Origin: a virus
Lineage: Duplodnaviria; Caudoviricetes
IMG/VR virus record: IMGVR_UViG_3300025137_005045
Reading direction: 5' to 3' (one strand)
Length of the DNA stretch: 64,000 nucleotides
In this document: positions 48,495-57,927 of the stretch, piece by piece
How the letters are laid out: every line of letters starts with the position of its first letter
Numbering within the stretch: the first letter of the stretch is position 1
Notes under the pieces: model-generated
Databases searched by the model: none
Told to the model about the DNA's origin: nothing
What the model saw: only the letters and a program-made list of their open reading frames with translations
Made by a program: the position numbers and the translations under genes

Positions 48495-49660
48495 TAGTTA
48501 TCCTTGGTAGGTTTAAGTACATCACTGAGACTTTGCCTACTTGGTATGTTGCCACGATCACTAGTTCCAATAACAGAATCATTATTGAAGAATGAACTTT
48601 GTTGTGAGGTATTCTGTGATCCTGGTGTTAATTCAGTTCTTACATTATCTTCTACTTTCACCCATCTTGCTCCATCATATCTAAATAATCTATTTGGAAA
48701 GAAATCTAATCGTAATGCGTATGCTCCGGTAGCCGGATTAGCTGGAAAGCTAACTCCTGGAGTTACGGGTAAGCCGTTTGGTGGAACATTGTTACCTGTC
48801 ATATATCCGACCAAGTACCCATCAACTTTAGGAGTAACTCCAGGTACACTTACACCATTGGCAGTAACATCTTTCGGATTTGCTGGCTGTCCAGCCACTG
48901 TGGCAGTAACATAAAATGCTGTATTGTCATAACCACTCTTAGGAACTTCAACCTCTGCCTGTTGAACAATAGCATCGTTAATTGCTAAATTTTTATCTTT
49001 GGTTGATAAAAAGTCTTCCAGTGTTCCTGCGGACGGATTGTCTGCATCCATTGGCTTGTTAAGTATATCATCATATTCTTGGCTAGCAGTTAACGGAGTT
49101 GCTTTAACACGCCACACATGTGGCATCCATGTTTGTGAGAATCCCTCTGATGCAAAACTTGCATCTTGTATCACATAGTATTTAGGTAGTGCTTTGGGTC
49201 CACTTGTATCAAGAGGATGATAATCTGTTAAATTAGGTACTTCGATAACATCACCATTCATTAGTTTACGACCAAACTGATCAATCATATCGTTGTAATG
49301 GAAAGTTATGAACAATGTATCACCATTGAGGAATAAACCAAATTGACTTAAATCAAAATCAATATCTTGTACATTGTATACACCTCTAAGAGTGTAGATA
49401 GAATCATCGTAGTCACGATCTCTGTTTTCTAAGAATAATAAATCTTCAATAAAGAGAGGATTAGTTTCATCATAGGTAGGTTGAGTAGTGTCACCTCCTT
49501 CGTGACCTTCTCTGACAGAACTGTCACCTACGGTCTTAGGACCTAAATATTTGTGAATAAAGATATCTATTCCACCAACGGTATACATTTCACGTACAGT
49601 TTTATCTAGAAACTTATAGTCGTTGGTTTTGGTCGGTCTGTAATTACTAAGTCTTGGCAT
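48494..49660 (-). CDS. gp14: Neck protein (gp14-like)
   Basis: LSQFGLFLNGDTLFITFH...GDVIEVP; late promoter on the minus strand at 49682-49688. Confidence 0.75.
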   Translation of the reverse strand: MPRLSNYRPTKTNDYKFLDKTVREMYTVGGIDIFIHKYLGPKTVGDSSVREGHEGGDTTQPTYDETNPLFIEDLLFLENRDRDYDDSIYTLRGVYNVQDIDFDLSQFGLFLNGDTLFITFHYNDMIDQFGRKLMNGDVIEVPNLTDYHPLDTSGPKALPKYYVIQDASFASEGFSQTWMPHVWRVKATPLTASQEYDDILNKPMDADNPSAGTLEDFLSTKDKNLAINDAIVQQAEVEVPKSGYDNTAFYVTATVAGQPANPKDVTANGVSVPGVTPKVDGYLVGYMTGNNVPPNGLPVTPGVSFPANPATGAYALRLDFFPNRLFRYDGARWVKVEDNVRTELTPGSQNTSQQSSFFNNDSVIGTSDRGNIPSRQSLSDVLKPTKDN

Positions 49661-49700
49661 TTGCTATTCCTATTATCCTAGTATTTATCGAACCTTTTGG

Positions 49701-49729
49701 TTGACCTAAAAATAGGAAAGTGATATAAT
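49701..49729 (+). promoter_or_regulatory. Sigma70-type promoter TTGACC-N17-TATAAT
   Basis: GGTTGAC context, divergent from the gp14 late promoter. Confidence 0.7.
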
Positions 49730-49768
49730 AGCTTGACTAGTTAAAATAAAGACAGTAAAGTTCACTAA

Positions 49769-50032
49769 ATGTTAAAAATAGATACTTCGGAAGATTGGCC
49801 AAAGATAGAGCTAGAATTATCAGAATCCACCAAAAATCTATCATTAACCATACAAAAAGACCTAGAAAAGATAAACAAAAATATCTGTAGTTTAATTTCT
49901 GAGTTAAGTAAAGCAGAAATTGAATGTAGAAGGCGACATAAGCCAACAGAGAAATTTATAGAATTACAGGAAAAGTGTAACGCAATGATTACAGATTATC
50001 AAAAAATGATTATGATGGGACAATTACTTTGA
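49769..50032 (+). CDS. Hypothetical coiled-coil protein
   Basis: 87-aa ORF directly after a sigma70 promoter. Confidence 0.55.
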   Translation: MLKIDTSEDWPKIELELSESTKNLSLTIQKDLEKINKNICSLISELSKAEIECRRRHKPTEKFIELQEKCNAMITDYQKMIMMGQLL

Positions 50033-51165
50033 CATTTAAACCAATTAAAGTAGCAATAGAAGATCGCAAGGCTAAAGGTGAGGAACCAGTGTTTTCTAAA
50101 CAACCTGCTCCTGAAGAAAGAAATATGGCATTGGCGAGGGCGTACAACTGGTACGGATATATTTGTGATAAAAAACAAGCCAAGAAGTGGGTGGCACAAT
50201 GGCTTATTAATAATGAACATAAAACAATGTCTAAAGAGCTTATGGCAATAAAAGATAGTTGGACTCCTGTCACAGCAGGTTGGTTAGTTAGAATGCAGGA
50301 AACTGGATTAGAGTTAACAGCCAGCGAAATAGAGTATATACATACTTCTGCAAGAGATGCAATAGAATCCAATGCAAAAACATTGATTAAAGATGATGAG
50401 AATGGTGAAGACAAGCCAAAAGCAAATAGGCCTAACATACAAGAAATTATGATAGAAAGAGCACACTTGGCCGGAGGTGATATTGATGGATTGTGGGACG
50501 AATATATAAGTGGCGATATTAAAGCCGGCAGTAAACCTAAAATACAACAGTTTTTAGCTGAAAGAAATATACTTGCCCAACATGTTAGCATCATCAAAGT
50601 TTATTGGGAAAAACAGAAAAAAGAGTTAGAGGACGCTGTAGCAGGTGTAGACGCTGATTTAAGCGAAGGTTATAGTTGCTATACTAAGACCCAGCAAAAG
50701 AACATGATCAACTACTGTGCGTCGATTATAGCAGAACTAGACGCATATCACCAGAGTAAGAAAGCCAAGGTAGGTACTAGACGTAGGAAACCAGTACCAC
50801 CAGAGAAGCAAGTAAGAAAATTAAAACTAATGAGAAAGTACGAAGAATTTAAACTAGAAACTGTAGAACCTACTCGTATACTCAAAGCAAGTGAGATGTA
50901 TGTTTACAATACCAAAAATCGTAAATTACAATACTATATTGCTGATGACTATGCTAAAACATTTACAGTTAAAGGCACAAGTATATTAGGATTTGATACT
51001 AATAAAAGTTTACAAAAAACTTTACGTAAACCTCAAGAGTTTCTTAAAGAAATTAGAATGGCTGGTAAACCCGATAGCCGTAAACTATTTGACACTCTTA
51101 AAACAACTCCAACAGCCGTCAATGGTCGGTTCAACGAAAATCTAATTATCATTAAAGCTACCTAA
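50029..51165 (+). CDS. Hypothetical early/middle protein
   Basis: 378-aa ORF with a basic C-terminal domain (YVYNTKNRKLQYY...QKTLRKP); function not recognised. Confidence 0.75.
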   Translation: MTFKPIKVAIEDRKAKGEEPVFSKQPAPEERNMALARAYNWYGYICDKKQAKKWVAQWLINNEHKTMSKELMAIKDSWTPVTAGWLVRMQETGLELTASEIEYIHTSARDAIESNAKTLIKDDENGEDKPKANRPNIQEIMIERAHLAGGDIDGLWDEYISGDIKAGSKPKIQQFLAERNILAQHVSIIKVYWEKQKKELEDAVAGVDADLSEGYSCYTKTQQKNMINYCASIIAELDAYHQSKKAKVGTRRRKPVPPEKQVRKLKLMRKYEEFKLETVEPTRILKASEMYVYNTKNRKLQYYIADDYAKTFTVKGTSILGFDTNKSLQKTLRKPQEFLKEIRMAGKPDSRKLFDTLKTTPTAVNGRFNENLIIIKAT

Positions 51166-51202
51166 CTATCATTCTCGATAAATAGTTGTAACGGAGAATA
51201 CA

Positions 51203-51958
51203 ATGGCAGACTTAACTACATTAAAACAAGAAGTGTTTACATATGTTGCTAATCGTTTAGGCGAAGGCATCGTTGATCTAGAATTAGATCCGGCACATTA
51301 TGAAACAGCATACGAAAGAGCAGTCAACACATATAGAACTAGGGCACAGAATGCCTATGAAGAAAGCTATTCGTTATTAACACTTGTTGAAAATCAGAAC
51401 ACATATGTACTACCTACAGAGGTATATACAGTTAGACAAATTTTTAGACGTACCATGGGCGATAGCACAGGTCCACACTCAACAAGTTTTGATCCGTTCT
51501 CTTCAGCAACATTAAATGTCTATTTGCTTAACTATTCTAGTGCAGGCGGACTAGCAACGTTTGATATGTATACTCAGTATGTTGAAATGGCAATGCGTAT
51601 GTTTGGTGGGTATATGAATTATAATTTTGCACCTGTTACCAAACAATTAACAATAATGCGTGATCCTAAATCAAGTGGCGAGCAAGTTCTACTATGGACT
51701 TATAATCTTAAACCAGAGACTATTTTACTACAAGATATTGCAGTTAAACAATGGATTAGAGACTATACCTATGCTGGCTCCAAAATGATTATTGGTGAAG
51801 CACGTGAAAAGTTTGCTACTATTGCAGGTCCACAAGGTGGTTCACCATTGAATGGATCAACACTTAAAGCTGAAGCACAAGCCGAAATGGATAGATTGAT
51901 ACAAGATCTAAGCACATTTGTTGACAACAGCGAACCACTAAGCTGGGTTATTGGTTAA
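51203..51958 (+). CDS. gp13: Neck protein (gp13-like)
   Basis: LGEGIVDLELDPAHYE...WIRDYTYAGSKMIIGEAREKFATIAGPQGGSPLNGSTLKAEAQAEM; late promoter at 51178-51184. Confidence 0.8.
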   Translation: MADLTTLKQEVFTYVANRLGEGIVDLELDPAHYETAYERAVNTYRTRAQNAYEESYSLLTLVENQNTYVLPTEVYTVRQIFRRTMGDSTGPHSTSFDPFSSATLNVYLLNYSSAGGLATFDMYTQYVEMAMRMFGGYMNYNFAPVTKQLTIMRDPKSSGEQVLLWTYNLKPETILLQDIAVKQWIRDYTYAGSKMIIGEAREKFATIAGPQGGSPLNGSTLKAEAQAEMDRLIQDLSTFVDNSEPLSWVIG

Positions 51959-52344
51959 TGAAAATTAACGAAATTATAATTGAAGGCATGGTATTTGCTC
52001 GAGGAGGAGCAGGAGGTGCTGGTGGGTCAGGTAAAGTAAAAATGAAATGGCGATGCGAAACAGGTGCTCGTGCCGGTCGTATAGTTAGTTCACCACAGCA
52101 ATGTGGAGCCGCAGTTGATGTAGGTAAGCGTGCTCAAATGAAAAAAACACGAGCCAGAACTAAAGTAAGACAAGCACGAAAATCAAAAAGAACTAAAAAA
52201 ATGAACGTTAGTAGCCGTATTATGCAGGCTCTAAACAAATTCAAAAGACGTGGTGGTCCTAAGAAAGCGGCCAAATCAAAAATAAGCAAGCCTTTTACAA
52301 AAACCAAATTCCTCAAAAAAATTAAAGCTAAAAAATCCAAGTAG
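51958..52344 (+). CDS. Highly basic small protein, probable internal head/DNA-binding protein
   Basis: MKINEIIIE leader followed by a Lys/Arg-rich body. Confidence 0.65.
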   Translation: MKINEIIIEGMVFARGGAGGAGGSGKVKMKWRCETGARAGRIVSSPQQCGAAVDVGKRAQMKKTRARTKVRQARKSKRTKKMNVSSRIMQALNKFKRRGGPKKAAKSKISKPFTKTKFLKKIKAKKSK

Positions 52345-52351
52345 AAATAGG

Positions 52352-52380
52352 TTGACCTTTTAATTTATTAATGCTATACT
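52352..52380 (+). promoter_or_regulatory. Sigma70-type promoter TTGACC-N17-TATACT
   Basis: The -10 lies 6 nt before ATG 52387, suggesting a leaderless mRNA; no RBS seen. Confidence 0.7.
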
Positions 52381-52386
52381 TTATGT

Positions 52387-52911
52387 ATGGACCTAATGAT
52401 CGATATCGAAACACTAGCTACAGGACCAGACGCTATGATTATGACGATAGCGGCACAGGTCTTTGATCCCTTATCTACAGGATGGCCGGAAAAGCATTTC
52501 TACGCCAGAATAAGTCCCGAAAGCCAACCTAAGCGGCACATAGATGATACCACAGTAGAATGGTGGGCTCATCAAGGCTCTGAAGCACAAAAAGAAGTAT
52601 TTGAAGAACAGTTCCGTAGAGACCTGGGTGACTGTTTAGAAGAACTAGGAAAACTAATATGGCAAAGTGAAAAAATATGGGCCAATGGTATTTGTTTTGA
52701 TATGAATATATTAGAGCATGCGTTTAAGGAATATGGTATTACATTACCATGGAAGTTTTGGAATGTAAGAGATGCCAGGACTTTATATTCATTATGGCCA
52801 GATTTGCCACAAGAAAAGTCAGCAAGCCATCATGCGTTAGATGATTGTAAACGTCAAATCAAGATGTTACAAGACTGTGTTAAACACTTAGGAATAAACA
52901 AAATAAAATGA
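52387..52911 (+). CDS. DEDDh 3'-5' exonuclease (Rv2179c/DUF5051-like)
   Basis: LMIDIETL...WANGICFDMNIL...RDART...HHALDDC. Confidence 0.85.
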   Translation: MDLMIDIETLATGPDAMIMTIAAQVFDPLSTGWPEKHFYARISPESQPKRHIDDTTVEWWAHQGSEAQKEVFEEQFRRDLGDCLEELGKLIWQSEKIWANGICFDMNILEHAFKEYGITLPWKFWNVRDARTLYSLWPDLPQEKSASHHALDDCKRQIKMLQDCVKHLGINKIK

Positions 52912-53522
52912 TTATAGCAATTAGCGGACTTATTGGATGTGGTAAAGACACTGTAGCAGATTATCTTGTAAACAATCATGAATTCAGACAAGAAAGTTTC
53001 GCCGGCAATCTTAAAGATAGCATGTCTGCTGTATTTGGTTGGGACCGTGACATGCTAGAAGGTCGTTCAAAATTAAGTAGAGAGTGGCGAGAACAAGTCG
53101 ACGAATGGTGGGCGAACCGTTTAGATATTCCGCACTTAACACCTCGTTGGATTTTACAATATGTAGGCACAGATGTTATTCGTGGTAAGTTTCATGATGA
53201 TATGTGGTTAGCTAGTTTAGAAAATAAACTTAGAAACACAAAAGACAATATTGTTATCTCAGATGTTCGTTTTAAAAATGAAGTTAAGATGTTAAAGGCA
53301 CTTGGTGCTGTCTGCATAGAAGTTACTAGAGGTGATCGTCCTGATTGGTATCATATTGCTTTAGATGGTGATATCGAAAGTCTTGAAAAATTAGGTGTTC
53401 ATAGAAGTGAATATGATTGGATCGGTACTAGGTTTGATCATACATTAGATAACAACAACACTCTTGAAGATCTGTACAAACAAGTTGAATTAATCACCTG
53501 CATCAGCTACTGGTGTTCATGA
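52908..53522 (+). CDS. gp1: Deoxynucleoside monophosphate kinase
   Basis: GLIGCGKDT P-loop, SFAGNLKD, TPRWILQYVGTD and VISDVRFKNE. Confidence 0.9.
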   Translation: MIIAISGLIGCGKDTVADYLVNNHEFRQESFAGNLKDSMSAVFGWDRDMLEGRSKLSREWREQVDEWWANRLDIPHLTPRWILQYVGTDVIRGKFHDDMWLASLENKLRNTKDNIVISDVRFKNEVKMLKALGAVCIEVTRGDRPDWYHIALDGDIESLEKLGVHRSEYDWIGTRFDHTLDNNNTLEDLYKQVELITCISYWCS

Positions 53523-53527
53523 TACAA

Positions 53528-53872
53528 TTAATCAGGAGTTAAGTCACCAGGTTTCCATCCTGTACGTTGTGCTTGGATAAATGCAGTACAATTTAAACAA
53601 ACAGTTCGTAAGTTTAATAACTCAGAATTATTTAGATTGCCATCCATGTGATGTACCCTCATCTGGCTAGCATGCTTGCATTGAAATCCACAAACATCAC
53701 ATATTCTCTTTATTTTATAACCACTAGATGCCCAACGTGGAGTAGGTACTTTTTTCTTTTTATTTCTATTAATACAGGATAAACAACGACTACGGAAATA
53801 GGTTTTTCCTTGGCGTTTATAGTTAATTGCACATGTATTATAGTTACATGCACTGCAAATGGGTCTTTTCAT
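53528..53872 (-). CDS. Zn-finger HNH endonuclease
   Basis: CxxC pairs and VHHMDGNLNN...NLRTVCLNC; late promoter on the minus strand at 53878-53884. Confidence 0.8.
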   Translation of the reverse strand: MKRPICSACNYNTCAINYKRQGKTYFRSRCLSCINRNKKKKVPTPRWASSGYKIKRICDVCGFQCKHASQMRVHHMDGNLNNSELLNLRTVCLNCTAFIQAQRTGWKPGDLTPD

Positions 53873-53998
53873 ACATATATTTATTAAATATTAGACCTTT
53901 ATAAAGGCGTCTATAAACCACCAATTAATCAATATTGTAATAAATATTCGTAACGAAGTAAAAGGTAACTTAGTTACTATTAATTAGAGGACAATAAA

Positions 53999-56900
53999 AT
54001 GGCATTAGTATCCCCAGGAGTAGAGGTTAGTGTAGTTGATCAAAGTCAATATCTACCTGCACCAACAAATTCAGTTCCATATATCTTGATTGCAACTGCA
54101 CAAGATAAAACAAGTGGAACAGCAACATCAACAGCGACAGGAACAACATTAGCAAATGCTAATAAAATTAATTTAATTACTAGCCAAAGAGAACTGGTAT
54201 CAACATATGGTGATCCAACTTTTTATAATACATCAGCCGGCACACCAATTAACGCTTTCGAACTAAATGAATATGGTTTATTAGCGGCTTACTCAGTTTT
54301 AGGTATTAGTAATAGAGCATATGTTCAACGTGTTAATGTTGACACTGCACAGCTTTCCGCATCATTATCCAGACCATTGGGTCGTAGTGATAATAATTCA
54401 TACTGGTTAGACACAGCACAATCAACATGGGGCTTACATGAATGGTCAGGAACAACTAATTCATTCACTAATAAAGTTCCAACAGTTATTACATCAACAA
54501 CTGACTTAGACGGCGGTATACCTAAAGCATCAATTGGTGCTATCGGAGATTATGCAGTGGTAGCAACTAATGCCTCTAACCCTGTGTATTTCAAAAATAG
54601 ATCAAATGCTTGGGTACTAGTCGGATCTGATGATTGGCACAACAGCTGGCCAACAATCCAAGGTACAGTAACAAGTCCAGCTATAACATCAGGACATAGT
54701 ATTGTTATTAACGGAACAACAGTTACCACTGGCGGAACAACTGCAACAGCTTTAATTAATGCAATTAATTCGGCTTCTATTGTTGGTGTAACAGCCGCGG
54801 TAGTAAACAACAAAGTTGAAATTTATGCAGATAGCGAAGTTTCAGATGATGGGTCTTCATTGGAAGGTGCATTAGTATTAGGTAACGGCTCAGGTACTAT
54901 ATTAACAGATGCTGGATTAACAGCAAAAACATATTACTATCCAAGATTGAGACAGTCACAACATTATTCAAATCCACGTTGGGCAACAACAGATACTGCT
55001 CCTCGTCCTACAGGTTCTATATGGATTAAAACAACAGCAGTAAACAACGGTGCTGATATAATTGTAAAAAATTATAATTCAACTACAGAACTGTGGTCAA
55101 CTATAAGTGCACCAATATATGAAAACGATGTTACTGCACTTAAAAAAATTGATCCAACAGGCGGTGGTGTGAATATTGCGGCTAATACATTATACGTTCA
55201 ATATGATTCTGCAGAAGCAGATAATGCAACATATAGAATCTATAGAAGATATGCTACAGGTGCAACAACAGTTACATCAGCTGATACTAGCCCAACATTC
55301 GTAAATTCAGAAACATTTACTATATCAGCAAGTGTTAAAAATTCAACAACAATGTCGACAGCAGTTACAGCAATATTAGGCGGAACAGCCGCCGCTGACT
55401 TTGTAACAGCATTTAATGCGGCCAATGTAGCTAACACACTAGCTTCTGTAGTTAACGGTGCTGTTAGAATAACACATACACAAGGTGGTGTTATTATTCT
55501 TAAAGATGTATCAGGAACACCAGTAGCTGATGCAGGTATTAACTCAACATTAGATACTGTTAAAGCAGGTAACAACAATGACGTTGTGCTTTCTAACTAT
55601 GTTCCACTAACATACACAGCATCAGCAACTGAACCAACACAAGATCCAGCAGAAGGTACATATTGGTATTATTCAGCAACTGACCAAGTTGATATATTAA
55701 TACAGGATGGTGGTGTATGGAAAGGTTATAAAGGTGTAACTAACGATGCTAGAGGATTTGATCTATCACAAACTTCACCAAATGGACCAATTGTATCAGC
55801 AACTGCTCCTACAACACAATCAGATGCTTCAGCATTAGTATATGGTGACTTATGGATTGGAACAGCAGACTTAGATAACTATCCTAAAGTATACAGATGG
55901 CAATCGGTTGAAGGTATTGATCAATGGGTAGTCATTGATACAACTGATCAAACTACATTAAACGGTATTTTATATGCAGATGCACGTTGGGGAACAGCAG
56001 GCACAGTTGATCCTGTAACCGACGATATTCCAACTATTGTATCCTTACAAACCAGTGATTATGTTGATTTAGACGTACCATCCCCAACATTGTATGCAGA
56101 AGGTTCATTGTTATGGAACACACGTCGTTCAGGTTTTAATGTTAAATCATTCCAAGTAAATTATTTTAATTCTACAGACTTTACTGGAACATTACCTGCA
56201 CAGAAAGATGCGTGGGTTAATGCAAGTGGTAATAAAGCAGATGGTTCCCCATACATGGGACGTAAAGCAGTACGTAAAATTATAGTTGCGGCATTAGAAG
56301 CAGGCCTCGATGCTAATACATCAATACGTGAAGAACAGAAACAATTTAATTTATTAGCGGCACCTGGTTATCCAGAACTAATTGATAATCTAGTAGCTCT
56401 AAATAATGATAGAAATAATACAGGTTTTGTAATTGGTGATTCACCATTTAGATTAACAGACAATGCAACAGATGTTGTTAATTGGGCAACTGACGCAGGC
56501 GGAGCTGGAACAGACAGTGAAGACGGTCTTTCAACAGCAGATCCATATGTAGCAGTATTTTACCCAAGTGCTAAAACAAACGACTTAGCAGGTAATAAAG
56601 TTGTTGTTCCACCATCACACGTGATGTTAAGAACAATAGTTAAGTCTGATGAAGTTGGCTTTCCATGGTTAGCACCAGCAGGTGCATTACGTGGAACTAT
56701 TGACAATGCAGAAGCTCTTGGTTATGTTAATGCACTAACGGGTGAGTTCGAACAGATATCTGTTAGAGAGTCATTACGTGATACACTTTACGCAAATAGA
56801 GTTAACCCATTAACATTTATTCCAGGTTCAGGATTACAGAATTATGGTAACAAAACTATAGCGGCAACTCCATCAGCACTTGATAGAATTAACGTAGCAA

Positions 56901-57205
56901 GACTAGTTGCTTTCATACGTGATAGATTAGAAGTGTTAGGTAGAGGATTTATATTTGAACCAAACGACACAGTTACTAGAAACGAAGTTAAAAATGCGTG
57001 CGAACAGTTATTAAATGATATAACTGCTAAACGTGGTATTTACGACTATCTAGTAGTATGTGATGATACAAATAATACACCAGAACGTATTGATCGTAAC
57101 GAATTATACGTTGATATAGCAATTGAACCTACTAAATCTGTGGAATTCATTTACATTCCATTAAGAATTAAAAACACAGGCGATATTGAAGCAGGTAATT
57201 TATAG
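53999..57205 (+). CDS. gp18: Tail sheath protein
   Basis: MALVSPGVEVSVVD...; C-terminal WLAPAG..RG...RDTLYANRVNP...DRINVARL...IDRNELYVDIAIEP.K..EFI; late promoter at 53940-53946. Confidence 0.95.
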   Translation: MALVSPGVEVSVVDQSQYLPAPTNSVPYILIATAQDKTSGTATSTATGTTLANANKINLITSQRELVSTYGDPTFYNTSAGTPINAFELNEYGLLAAYSVLGISNRAYVQRVNVDTAQLSASLSRPLGRSDNNSYWLDTAQSTWGLHEWSGTTNSFTNKVPTVITSTTDLDGGIPKASIGAIGDYAVVATNASNPVYFKNRSNAWVLVGSDDWHNSWPTIQGTVTSPAITSGHSIVINGTTVTTGGTTATALINAINSASIVGVTAAVVNNKVEIYADSEVSDDGSSLEGALVLGNGSGTILTDAGLTAKTYYYPRLRQSQHYSNPRWATTDTAPRPTGSIWIKTTAVNNGADIIVKNYNSTTELWSTISAPIYENDVTALKKIDPTGGGVNIAANTLYVQYDSAEADNATYRIYRRYATGATTVTSADTSPTFVNSETFTISASVKNSTTMSTAVTAILGGTAAADFVTAFNAANVANTLASVVNGAVRITHTQGGVIILKDVSGTPVADAGINSTLDTVKAGNNNDVVLSNYVPLTYTASATEPTQDPAEGTYWYYSATDQVDILIQDGGVWKGYKGVTNDARGFDLSQTSPNGPIVSATAPTTQSDASALVYGDLWIGTADLDNYPKVYRWQSVEGIDQWVVIDTTDQTTLNGILYADARWGTAGTVDPVTDDIPTIVSLQTSDYVDLDVPSPTLYAEGSLLWNTRRSGFNVKSFQVNYFNSTDFTGTLPAQKDAWVNASGNKADGSPYMGRKAVRKIIVAALEAGLDANTSIREEQKQFNLLAAPGYPELIDNLVALNNDRNNTGFVIGDSPFRLTDNATDVVNWATDAGGAGTDSEDGLSTADPYVAVFYPSAKTNDLAGNKVVVPPSHVMLRTIVKSDEVGFPWLAPAGALRGTIDNAEALGYVNALTGEFEQISVRESLRDTLYANRVNPLTFIPGSGLQNYGNKTIAATPSALDRINVARLVAFIRDRLEVLGRGFIFEPNDTVTRNEVKNACEQLLNDITAKRGIYDYLVVCDDTNNTPERIDRNELYVDIAIEPTKSVEFIYIPLRIKNTGDIEAGNL

Positions 57206-57210
57206 TAGTA

Positions 57211-57225
57211 ATAAACTACGCACTT
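57211..57225 (+). repeat. 15-bp intergenic motif ATAAACTACGCACTT (copy 2)
   Basis: Exact match to the minus-strand copy at 39119-39133. Confidence 0.7.
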
Positions 57226-57249
57226 AATGGTTCTTCGGAGCCATTTTTT
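57226..57249 (+). terminator. Rho-independent terminator after the sheath gene
   Basis: AATGGTTC-TTCG-GAGCCATT followed by TTTT. Confidence 0.8.
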
Positions 57250-57304
57250 GCGACCACGGATCGATAAATAGTAGTAGAAAGATATTTATTAAGGAGAAAT
57301 ACAC

Positions 57305-57922
57305 ATGGCTGTTTCATCATTAACTAGGATGTCAGTTCCTTTAGCGTCAGATCAAAGTGCATCTAACCAAGGACTGTTAATGCCTAAATTAAAGTATCGT
57401 TTTAGAACGGTATTTGAAAACTTTGGTGTATCATCACCAAGAACAGAATTAACTAAACAAGTTATTTCATTTGCTAGACCTTCATTATCATTTGAAGAAA
57501 TGCCGATTGAGTTATATAACTCTCGTATGTACCTAGCAGGTAAACACACTTGGGAAACCACAACAGTTGAATTACGTGACGATGCTAGTGGTGCAGTTGC
57601 TAAACTAATGGGCGAACAACTACAGAAACAATTAGACTTTATGGAACAATCATCTGCATCAGCAGGTATTGACTATAAATTTATCACACGTTGCGAAATA
57701 CTTGACGGTGGTAATGGTGCTAATGAACCAAATGTTTTAGAAACTTGGGAACTATATGGTTGTTACCTAACAGCAGTTAACTATAATGACTTGTCATATG
57801 GTGAAAGTGCTCCTGTAACAATTTCAGCAACTATCAGATTCGACAATGCTATCCAAACACCGTTGGGTGATGGAGTTGGTACAGCAGTAGGTAGAACATT
57901 AGGCACAGTAGTAACAGGATAA
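57305..57922 (+). CDS. gp19: Tail tube protein
   Basis: PKLKYRFR...YLAGKHTWETTTVELRDD...WELYGCY..VNY.DLSY...ATIRFD; late promoter at 57264-57270. Confidence 0.9.
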   Translation: MAVSSLTRMSVPLASDQSASNQGLLMPKLKYRFRTVFENFGVSSPRTELTKQVISFARPSLSFEEMPIELYNSRMYLAGKHTWETTTVELRDDASGAVAKLMGEQLQKQLDFMEQSSASAGIDYKFITRCEILDGGNGANEPNVLETWELYGCYLTAVNYNDLSYGESAPVTISATIRFDNAIQTPLGDGVGTAVGRTLGTVVTG

Positions 57923-57927
57923 TTTAG

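Noticed and set aside
57264-57289. Inverted ATAAATA...TATTTAT upstream of the tail tube gene (possible antisense late promoter)
   Set aside because: A single AT-only 7-mer in an AT-rich region with no downstream minus-strand target; plausibly chance.
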